Part shown: positions 11,074 to 21,325 of the stretch, one piece after another
Numbering within the stretch: position 1 is the first letter of the stretch
How the letters are laid out: every line of letters starts with the position of its first letter
NCBI GenBank assembly: GCA_032718475.1
Contig: JAUCBJ010001134.1
Span: 1 to 44,200, forward strand
DNA: 44,200 nucleotides
Source: Nemertoderma westbladi
Taxonomy: Eukaryota > Animalia > Xenacoelomorpha
Reading direction: 5' to 3'
Translations under genes and position numbers: made by a program
The notes under the pieces: model-generated
What the model was told of the DNA's origin: nothing
The model's database searches: none
What the model saw: the letters and a program-made list of their open reading frames with translations, nothing else

Positions 11074-12615
11074 CAACCCCCGGTGACGCGCTCCCATTTT
11101 TTCCACTTCTGAACAAACCCACAACATTACACCTTTAATTACAGTTGCAACAGCTCATCTCCAATTTATTTAATTACAGATAATAGCCGAACTGGCTTTA
11201 ATAAATAAATAATATTATTTTAAAAATTATTTTAACACTGCGCGTAAATCATTTACCATTCTGGGTGTGTATATATATAGATTATTTAAATTATTTTAAA
11301 CATTTCTTCACCCTTACTGTGTTTGTCACACTTTTATCTTTATAAAACAAAGGCTACCAATATTAAGTTAATATTAAATAAATCACGAATTAAATAAAAA
11401 AATAATTGATATGATAAGGAAATAAACTCCTGTGCTGTGATTGGAATGAATTACGTTGCTAGGTTACATATGCTGGTTTACACCCTGTCATCAATCCCTT
11501 CAGGCTTTGCTATACAGCTATAGGCCTACTGCTCTACTGTCTACGACGGCTGTATACTGCATACTGGTATCATCAGTGAATGGACTGAAATGCAGGATTG
11601 TTGTAATGCAGTCCACAGTCTGACACTGGCAGTACAGTGAAGTGTTGTAGGTGTAGGCTGTATACAGTACAATATAGTCTAGATTACCTGGATTATGTAT
11701 ACCAGTATACTGCCTGACTGACTGACAGTGCAGCTGTACGTTCAAACTGTCAAACGTTAGCCTGATAGCCGTTGTCCCTTTAACAGTTTAACGCAATGCT
11801 GCGATGTATGGTGTTGTAACGGTACTGTAGTATCTGCACGGCGTTAACAAAAACATAACTCAATGTCTAATGTCTATATTTGTCAGTTGGTCTGTTGGTG
11901 TACCGGCAGACCGGTATTATATTGCAGTATTGGTTTATTCTTAAATTGTTAACAGGTTAAGGCACTTTTTGATTCGAATATAGGCAATAGGTAGGCCTAC
12001 CCCCCCCCCCCCCCCCCCCCTGAATGAACCCTTTGTATCCCCTCTACTCCCTACCAAATCTCAAGAACAGAATCCATCGTCGTTTTGAAATACAGGCGCG
12101 CAAAGTTTAAACATTGCACCCAGTTAACTCGCCAACAACAAGCTAAAAAATTCCAAAATTACATTTTATTACATTTCTGAAACTTAGTCATCATATCCAC
12201 CTTACAAAAGTTAGCGTATAAGAAGTTTCTTAGGAAATATTATGAAAATAATGCCACAAATAGCGAAGAAATCGGCACATTCTTTAAGCAATCCGCTCGC
12301 TGCATGATCTGTTATTTAGTACATCTTGCCACAACCCCAGCATAAAAAATATTCACCTTTTTTTTTATAAATAAAGCAAGGTTTCCATTAAGCCTACTTA
12401 CTTAGTAATTAGGCGTATAGGCCTTAGGCGTTCCCGTACACGGTACAGAAAAGAAATGTTTTAGTAGACTTATTTGTAAATACTATACTATATCAGTGTC
12501 TCTAATATTATATATACCGGTATACCATCAGAGTTATTACCGTAGACGAATAGCATACCGGAATATTCAATTAATTAAATATTTATGAGATAATCTGCCA
12601 ACCACCTCCACAATA

Positions 12616-13065
12616 ATGACACAACCACATAAACCGACTTCATTACGACCCGTTCTGTCCTCATTGCCATTACAACTGCTTATATTCGTTAACTGGTGGT
12701 GGTTCGCTGCGTTTTGGTTGGTTACTGTCGCTTGTTTCATATACAAGGGCAGAATGTTGCCCTACCCTAACTCGATATTGTCCGCTGAAATAATTCTAGT
12801 TGTGTTCCTGTTATTTCTGGAATTACTCCGGGAATTCTTTGGGAAGAAAGGGAACTTAACGGAACGGGTTCTGGCGATGCTGATTTTTATCGGTTTTACC
12901 ATCCCAGTTGTTTTCGCTCACCTTTACCTTCTGCTCTGGCAGACCTACGTTCTCCGCTTAGAAGTTATCATCAACTCACTCAGCTTGGCTTTCATCGCAT
13001 TCGAGATGCTCTTTAGTATATTGGCGTTGGTACATTTCGCTCGAGCTGAACCTAATGTTTCCTAA
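12616..13065 (+). CDS. TMEM216: Transmembrane protein 216 (TMEM17/80/216 family, ciliary transition zone), intronless CDS
   Basis: 149 aa with four hydrophobic segments. Family motifs LSSLPLQ, IYKG..LPYP, E..R.FFG.KGNL and Y.LLWQTYVLRLE. A TMEM80-type assignment cannot be fully excluded. Confidence 0.85.
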   Translation: MTQPHKPTSLRPVLSSLPLQLLIFVNWWWFAAFWLVTVACFIYKGRMLPYPNSILSAEIILVVFLLFLELLREFFGKKGNLTERVLAMLIFIGFTIPVVFAHLYLLLWQTYVLRLEVIINSLSLAFIAFEMLFSILALVHFARAEPNVS

Positions 13066-13561
13066 ATTGTGATCAATTGGCTTCTACTTATATATAAATA
13101 TAGTTTGTTTAATTTTTAGATTTGTATATATATACAAGTATATATTATTGTTAATATTATTATATATATATTATTGCGAAATATTTTATTATTTATCACA
13201 TTTTTCTTTCTATAAATGTGTCTCAATTATCACAGTGCTTAACTACCTAATGCATTCAAATAGCGGAGATGAGTTTTAAATATCTGAAATTATGCGTAAC
13301 GAAATAAGAATTGTATTCTTAAAATGTTACTTTTTCGCTCGAATATAGATATAAGGATTGCATCAATCCTTCGACCCTTTATTAACCTCGCTATCGCTCG
13401 GTAAATAAAATACATACTAAGGAAAGGAAGGTGCAACCAAAACCAATAAGTGTTTGTTAGTATATTTTATTATTCAATCAATCTAAGGAATATGCTATAC
13501 CTTACGGTAATATTGCACATTAATTTATTAATCGAATGTCCAAATACAGATAATATTAATT

Positions 13562-14470
13562 TTAAACGCTAAGAGAATATAACAGAGTTCCAGAGAAAAC
13601 CAACATTGTCCCGAACCAATGGTACAATGTAAATAAGTTATTAAACCAAAGAACACTGAATAATAAGCTAACAAACTTACGAAGGGTTAAAATTATAACT
13701 ACGGTGAGGGAAGTGCACTCGGTGGATAGTACGAACACATTACTGGCGCATTGAAAGTGGCCCAGGATATTGCCAGCTAGTATAAGTAACATTATAGGTT
13801 GGCTCATTACAGACACAGAGTGCTCAAAGATATCGTTGTATAGTAACAAGAACCCAGGGAGACCTAGGAGGTGGGTGTAATAGAGTCCTTCGGCTGGGTG
13901 TTTCCCGTAACTTCTGTATAGAAACTCCTGGTAGACTCCCATAGAGGAGCCTAGAAACAGAGCTACAACCTGCAGAGCAACAGCAAATAGGAACTCTGCA
14001 GTTGTTTGGTTAGACGCGTTGGTATTGCTTGGTATTGAGTCAGCGGAGGCAACAGTGACCATGGCAATGCCGGAAGTGATTACTAGAACGGATATTAGTT
14101 TATTACGAGAAACTCTTCGATTAAAGATCAGCCCCGCCAGGATCATATTAGTGATCAGGCCACCGGATTTAATGATCATATGTACCGGTACGGGAATGCG
14201 GTAGGACAAGGCCTGATTGTTGAGGAAATTGACGACAAGATGGGCGACTACGATGTAGAGATAGCGAGACCAGTGGATAACGGAAGTTTTACGGCCGAAG
14301 TTGGCATGGTAAACAAACCCGTGGGAGGCCGTGAAGAGAAACTGGAGGAAGGAGACGAAGTGACCGCAGCCAGGGTCCCATTGCACGAGAGATTCGAATA
14401 GGAACATACTTGTGCAGCAACAAAGCAGAACCTTTATTATGGTCCAGCCGATCTTCATCTGAGTTGCCAT
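13562..14470 (-). CDS. SLC35B4: Nucleotide-sugar transporter SLC35B4 (UDP-xylose/UDP-GlcNAc), intronless CDS
   Basis: 302-aa multi-pass protein with motifs PGCG...F.QFLF, NN.AL.Y.IP.P.HMI, MGVYQE.LY..YGKHP.E.LYY.H and TECTSLTV...LTLRKFVSL.FS. It is convergent with TMEM216. Confidence 0.92.
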   Translation of the reverse strand: MATQMKIGWTIIKVLLCCCTSMFLFESLVQWDPGCGHFVSFLQFLFTASHGFVYHANFGRKTSVIHWSRYLYIVVAHLVVNFLNNQALSYRIPVPVHMIIKSGGLITNMILAGLIFNRRVSRNKLISVLVITSGIAMVTVASADSIPSNTNASNQTTAEFLFAVALQVVALFLGSSMGVYQEFLYRSYGKHPAEGLYYTHLLGLPGFLLLYNDIFEHSVSVMSQPIMLLILAGNILGHFQCASNVFVLSTECTSLTVVIILTLRKFVSLLFSVLWFNNLFTLYHWFGTMLVFSGTLLYSLSV

Positions 14471-15575
14471 AACTATAGTTGTTGCGATATAACACTAACA
14501 GACTTAGCCAAAAATTACTAACAACCGGTAAATTGTTTTAGATAGGGCCTTATTAAGTTAAATATACTATAGGTACAAAAAAAGGTACAAAAATATAGGT
14601 AGCAAAACAATAATGAAAAAAAATATGGCCAAAATACTAATTTTAGTGCATAGTGTAATAAATAAACTTAATTAATATTAATAATATTAGGTGAGACAGC
14701 GACAGTAGGCCCAGTAAACAACTAAACAATCTTCATAAGACAATCTGACTCGTAGACTATGTTGCGGTAGTTCCAGAGTTCACTGCAGTAATACTGTAGT
14801 ACTGTATTGCAGTATGACTACACTACGTGAGAACCCATGACCAAATTTTTTTAGCAACTAGTAAAAAGTAACGTATGCTGTACGCCTGTACGACAGCGTA
14901 AGTATCAAATAAAAGAATCATGCAATTAATTTTAATTATTTCAAAATGTAGCTATGGTAATACTGTATTTACCTTAACCATACACACAACACACTTAGGG
15001 CTGGAGTGGGTTATTGAATGGCCTGGCCACTATGCTAATAAATAATACAGCAAAATATAAGTTTATTGGTAAGTATGTTGAACGAAGTATAGATTAGTTC
15101 ATACCGGTACGTCTTAATATTATTGCAACTAAACTCAGGCCATGCCTCACATATGGTGATTCTATTTAAATGGTTTCACATAGTTGGTAAGAATTATCAA
15201 TTAATTGCTGGTTGGATACACAAATAATGAACAGCTGTTTACAAAACACTAAGTCCAATACAAATATATTCAATAGGAGAACTGTCAGGTCTATGAGCTT
15301 ACTAACCGAAGTGACCTTCTGTTAGAAAATTATGAATAAGAATAAGTTAAACTTGCATTAATATGACCTACCCAGGGATGCAACAACAGAGCTCCGAAGC
15401 TCCAGGCTAATTATTCCGGAGTCAATATGGAGCTTATGTTGTTGAAATTCTAAATAAAAGTTTTGTTGATGTATGAATAATTAATGTCACCATAGTAAAT
15501 TACCATATTCCTGTGTGGGTGGATATTGATTGGTTACAGCTTCTTGTTTTTCTTAAGTTTCATGATACAACCCAC

Positions 15576-16810
15576 TCGTGTTGAGAACTGAATCAATTTT
15601 GACTAATTTCAGTTACAGTTTCAGTATTAAAGTTTTGCATTTCAGTTCCAGTTACAGTTTCAGTATTTCAAAGTGTAACATTTCAGTTACAGTTTCAGTA
15701 TTACAAAATTGAGCATTTCAGTTTCAGTTACTGTTTTAATCGCGATAAAATTTCAGTTTCAGTTGTAGATTCAATATATTATCCCACATACTAAGCAGTC
15801 ACTGAAATAATGTCAGTCTCATCGGGGCGGGGTGCAGTGCACTATGGTAATATTTTGTAACTAATATACTGATAGTACTGAATGTAATGAAAGTGGCTGT
15901 CACAAGATCAACTAAAGGCACCATCATTTTACTGTACATCTTTTTTCAGAGCTTGTACTGTTATCATTTATTGTTTTGGTTATAAAGGCCATGCTTCAGA
16001 AACTGCTCATTTCCCTCAATTTATAATTTGTTTTAGCAATCATATATTTATTGTTTTGGTTAGACCACCTCGATAAGCTGCTCCTTTCACTTTCAAAGTT
16101 TAATTGTAATTTTGTAATAATGGTAAACTTGATAAAAATTTAATTTCCAGTGTGCTTCTAGTGTGATATCCCCTGTGATATTAATAGTACCAGTAACATT
16201 AATAAATTCATAATGTAAAATATATATCCGTTATATATCCCTCTACCATTACCATTAACTATATTTTTGTTTATCTAAAACATTTACATTTGATATGCGA
16301 TATTTAGGAAGCAAAGATTGGTGATAAGGCTGATAATAGTCTAATCGTTGAGATAGATAAACATGACTAATTATAACTACAGTATATGCTAGATCTTCGT
16401 TCAATACTTGATGCTTGACTCGCCAAATAAATCACAGTTGAGTTAAGTGGGCAATGGGTCTTTGGGCCACTTGACTACTACCAAGGTCCAAAACTATAAT
16501 AATAAATAAAAATACAATGTTTTAAAAATGATACCCATGTTGACCACAGTTATTCATTTATATTAAACTATTACAATAGGCCTACTGTTTCAAATCAAAT
16601 GCTCATTCATGTTAATTGTGTGGCTGAGAACTGAATCGATTTTTAGTAATTTCAGTTTCAGTTACAGTATTCAAAATTCCTAATTACAGTTACAGTATTC
16701 AAAATTCGCAATTACAGTTACAGTTATAGTTACAGTATTCAAAAAATAATCAAAATCATTCAGTTACAGTTGCAGTTACAGTATAATTACAGTTACAGTT
16801 CTCAACACTA
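15576..16810. mobile_element. hAT-like non-autonomous DNA transposon (MITE)
   Basis: TIRs TCGTGTTGAGAACTG / CAGTTCTCAACACTA (1 mismatch). 8-bp TSD CAACCCAC (15568-15575) / CCACCCAC (16811-16818). CAGTTA/CAGTTT subterminal arrays. Absent from the duplicate unit. Confidence 0.85.
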
Positions 16811-16859
16811 CCACCCACCCCCTTGTGAAATTGTTTAAATGTTTGAACAACAACATTTA

Positions 16860-17068
16860 AGTTAAGTTAGCAGCTGCAGAAACAGTTCCTGTATACCCTC
16901 GAAACAGGAAGAGGGCCCCCTGGACTGACAACAAAATTCAGAAGTGCCGAAATGACCTCAATAAGGCGCAGAAAGAGTCCCGACTCAAACAGACTACAGC
17001 GGCCAAGAATGCAGTTAAGGCTGCATCTTGGTCCCTAAACAGGCAGTACTGTACTCTGTTAATCTACA
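16860..17068 (+). mobile_element. RTE-like LINE fragment (copy A1)
   Basis: Near-identical to ~20231-20434 (VKLAAAETVPVYPRNRKRAPW...). Confidence 0.85.
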
Positions 17069-18155
17069 CGTTCGTGGTGTCATCGCGCAGGACGAGGCTC
17101 AGTTATCAGATACAGATTAAAATTGAGCGACTGTATCACAAAATCAGGTTTTGAGAAATTTACCCACACCACCAATCAATCAAAGAAAGGGGGACAGTAC
17201 GTGTTCACCCCTTTTAATCTGCCCCCCCCCCCCCCCCCCTTCCCACCCACCAGTACTTTATAACTACCGATGCCTTCAATAGGCGAAGCCAGGTATGGTT
17301 TATAGGAATATAATCAACACAGTAGGCAGTACTCGTCTTCATTATTATAAACGTCGTTGTGCGTCGTCGTTTCACATAGTTGGTAAGAATTATCAATTAA
17401 TTGCTGGTTGGGTACACAAATAATGAACAGCTGTTTACAAAACACTAAGTCCAATACAAATATATTCAATAGGAGAACTGTCAGGTCTATGAGCTTACTA
17501 ACCGAAGTGACCTTCTGTTAGAAAATTATGAATAAGAATAAGAATAAGTTAAACTTGCATTAATATGACCCCCCCCCCCCCCCCCCCCCTCTCCGAACCA
17601 AGATCTGTGGGCTACATACTTCCAGCTATTATTTATGAATAATCAATGCTACAGTAACTACACTATAATCGGCAGACTGGCATTGAGGTTACTATGGCGG
17701 GCTTAACAAAAAATTGTGCTGCCACTATACAATCCAAAAACGACAGGTCAGGTTGGAATTTCAAAGATTCAACAGCGTCAACTTTGGGATAAATTCTGGA
17801 ATTCTGCATAATCTGTAAACCGTCCTGTGGTCGCTTCGGAAGAACCAGTGCCAATCTGCTATACGCTACGAAATTCAGTATGAAAAATAACCTTAGTAGG
17901 CCTACCCAGGTATGCAACAACAGAGCTCCGCAGCTCCAGGCTAATTATTCCGGAGTCAATATGGAGCTTATGTTGTTGAAATTCGAAATAAAAGTTTTGT
18001 TGATGTATGAATAATTAATGTCACCATAGTAAATTACCATATTCCTGTGTGGGTGGATATTGATTGGTTACAGCTTCTTGTTTTTCTTAAGTTTCATGAT
18101 ACTACCGCACCCACCCCCTTGTGAAATTGTTTAAATGTTTGAACAACAACATTTA

Positions 18156-18359
18156 AGTTAAGTTAGCAGCTGCAGAAACAGTTCCTGTATACCCTCGAAA
18201 CAGGAAAAGGGCCCCCTGGACTGACAACAAAATTCAGAAGTGCCGAAATGACCTCAATAAGGCGCAGTAAGAGTCCCGACTCAAACAGACTACAGCGGCC
18301 AAGAATGCAGTTAAGGCTGCATCTTGGTCCCTGAACAGGCAGTACTCTGTTAATCTACA
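18156..18359 (+). mobile_element. RTE-like LINE fragment (copy A2); the element resumes at 19737
   Basis: Same text as A1. It breaks at AATCTACA and continues as ACAGGAGCTAATAAACC at 19737, and these two pieces are contiguous in the copy at ~20427-20447. Confidence 0.85.
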
Positions 18360-19736
18360 CGTTCGGGGGGCCATCGTGCAGGACGAGGCTCAGTTATCAG
18401 ATACATATTAAAATTGAGCGACTGTATCACAAAATCAGGTTTTGAGAAATTTACCCACACCACCAATCAATAGTTTATAGGAATATAATCAACGCAGTAG
18501 GCAGTACTCGTCTTCATTATTATAAACGTCGTTGTGCTCGTCCTGTTTTGTATTTAAACATATTTCCTAAACGCAGACGGACGGACGATCTTTATAACTA
18601 CTGATGCCTTCAAACTTCAATAGGCGAAGCCAGGTATGGTTAATAGGAATATAGTCTACACAGTACTCGTCTTCGTTAAATGCCTCGTTGCGCTCGTCCT
18701 GTTTTGCATTAAAATATTTTTCCTAAACCAAGACTGACGATCTTTATTTATACAGTTATAACTATGCGAAGTTTCGAAACTGTGCGAGTAACTGCTGATA
18801 CATATATGTGGAGATGTGTGATACAACGCCAACGCATCGTATGCCGATGTAGTAATATGGGTATTGAAATAATATTAAATCAATGTACACTCTTAAAGCT
18901 GCAGCGAAAAAATGTAGATAATTTGCTAGGTTACATATAAAATAATAATAATATTTTTAAGAACATTAATTTTACTACTTTGCAAAAATTCAATTAAAAA
19001 ATAACCAGACAAATACATTGCGGAATAAACTATTTCAGATAAAGCCTACAACAGTCATTATATCTTCTGTCACCTGAGATATTAAGTAATACAACATTTA
19101 TAGTATAGAGTCAATAGGAATTGAAATACAGGCAGTGTGGTTGGAGTTATGTCTGGGTTGCTATAGCAATACTACTGGCTGCCTATTACAGTACAATTCC
19201 CCTCTGGTAAGGCTACACCAACATCTCCCAGCCAGCTAGCAGCTCTACAACCCCTCAGAGACGATGTTGACCAATAATGGGCAGGATTAAATTTGTACTC
19301 AATAATTGTGCCGCTTTAATTACGTTTAGATCAATTAAAGACACATTTATTAAAGCAAATCACTTGAATTAATTAAAAACTATAATAGAATGGGGTATGT
19401 GGATTACATCTGTATAATTTTTAAACATAATTATTTAAATCTTATACTGAAAAATTATTAATTTCCTTTAACAGGCAGGTTGAAAATGCAGTTTTTACCG
19501 TAATCAACTTAATTAACTAATTAATTGCTATTATCTTAGCTTCTCGAAGGCCACACGGAAATTCAACTTGGAAAATTTCTAAACTTTTGCCAGACTACAT
19601 GTGTACCAAGTTTGGTTAAATTTCATTAAGTTATTAACGTGTAAAATTGGACACCACAGATCGACAGATCAACAGACACACCGATTGAGTTAGTTGTACC
19701 TGTATGCTAAGCTCGCTTACTTTCGTCGCTCGCCCC
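18360..19736. mobile_element. Non-coding insertion in the RTE, with pieces resembling Helitron/Helentron-associated non-autonomous repeats
   Basis: Defined by the interruption of the RTE text. Contains AGACGGACGGAC, ACAGATCGACAGATCAACAGAC, ATGTGTACCAAGTTTGG and a terminal GCTCGCTTACTTTCGTCGCTCGCCC. The classification is tentative. Confidence 0.4.
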
Positions 19737-20215
19737 ACAGGAGCTAATAAACCAACAGGTTGATGCCATCAATGATGCTGACGACAGCAGGCAATTATCC
19801 CAGGCATGGAAATCGATCAACTTGCTTAATGGGCGGGAAAGGCCAACCAACTACCAACCATGGTTCTTTTCGGGGAATCTCATTGATCTCGATTGCTGCA
19901 AAGCTATATACAATAGAATTATAATAAATAGCATTAGGGATCCCATTGCGAGACTGCTCCGTGGAAATCAGAATGGGTTCCGTAAAGGTCGTGGGACCAT
20001 GGAGCCCATTTTGGCACTTAGAAGGATAATTGAAGATTTATCAAAAAAGAAAGACTGTCATCTGGCTGTTATCTCCAACCTCTGCACACATCTCCAACCA
20101 GACACTATATAACATAGGAGGTGTCTCTTTGGTTCCCCCAAGCTTGACACTAGAACAAAATCGCCTCCGCTTTGCAGGACATTGCTTCCGCCGTGAGGAC
20201 CAGCCAGTGTATAAG
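19737..20215 (+). mobile_element. Internally deleted RTE-like LINE copy
   Basis: Mosaic of pieces matching ~20432-20545, ~20910-21122 and ~26360-26490, joined by deletions. Confidence 0.8.
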
Positions 20216-21325
20216 TGCCAGTGCAGAAGCAGTTAAGTTAGCAGCTGCAGAAACAGTTCCTGTATACCCTCGAAACAGGAAAAGGGCCCCCTGGAGTGAC
20301 AACAAAATTCAGAAGTGCCGAAATGACCTTCATAAGGCGCAGAAAGAGTTCCGACTCAAACAGACTACAGCGGCCAAGAATGCAGTTAAGGCTGCATCTA
20401 GGTGCCTGAACAGGCAGTACTCTGCTAATCTACAGGAGCTAATAAACCAACAGGTTGATGCCATCAATGATGCTGACGACAGCAGGCAATCATCCCAGGC
20501 ATGGAAATCGATCAATCTGCTTACTGGGCGGAAAAGCCAACCAACCACCAAGGTTAAGGCTGAATCACCAGCCGATCGCCTCAATGGTTGGAAAGCCCAC
20601 TTTGAAAATCTCCTCAATATTGACAGGGTATTGCCTGATAACTTTATAGAAGTAAAAGTGTCTGAGTCTGTACTCCCAGATATTCCCATTGGCGATATCT
20701 CCTTTGCAGAAGTGAAGACTGCTGCAAAGAGCATTAAGACCAATCGTGCCAGTGGAGTAGATGGTGTTCCCCCTGAGGTCTTTAAAATACCTGAGTGTTT
20801 AAAGCTCATCTATCCCATCATAGTATACATGTACCGAACAACAAGAGTCCCACAAGAAATTAAACAAATAAGTTGGTGCCAGTTCCCAAGAAGGGCAACC
20901 TAACACTCTATGGTTCTTTTCGGGGAATCTCATTGATCTCGATTGCTGCAAAGCTATACAATAGGATTCTATTAAATCGCATCAGGGATCCCATTGAGAG
21001 ACTGCTGGACTGGAAATCAGAATGGGTTCCGTAAAGGTCGTGGGACCATGGAGCCCATTTTGGCACTTAGAAGGATAATTGAAGAGTTATCAAAAAAGAA
21101 AGACAGGCATCTGGCTGTTATCTTTGTTGACTTCTTCAAGGCCTTTGATTCAGTCTCTCGCTCACCTATGTTCAGCATACTTTCATTATATGGGATTCCT
21201 GATGAAATTATTGCAGCAATCAGATCAGTATACATGTCTACTGTTGACGGTGACACAGAACCATTTGAAGTGTTATGGGGCGTCCTCCAAGGAGACACAC
21301 TTGCACCATTCTTGTTCATTGTTCT

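Larger units (their letters stand above)
10636..11172 (+). mobile_element. Hammerhead-containing, tRNA-promoter (SINE/retrozyme-like) retroelement, ~1.5 tandem units of 343 bp
   Basis: Direct repeat ~10648-10846 / ~10991-11176 with a 343-bp period. Flanked by ATTACAGATAAT at 10624-10635 and 11173-11184 (TSD). The first 14 bp (10636-10649) are an inverted copy of 10777-10790. Confidence 0.85.
15173..18537 (+). repeat. Local tandem segmental duplication (unit 1 ~15173-17362, unit 2 ~17369-18537)
   Basis: Near-identical text starting GTTTCACATAGTTGGTAAGAATTATC in both units. Unit 1 has an extra 1.2-kb MITE, and unit 2 has an extra ~330-bp segment (~17571-17900). Confidence 0.9.
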
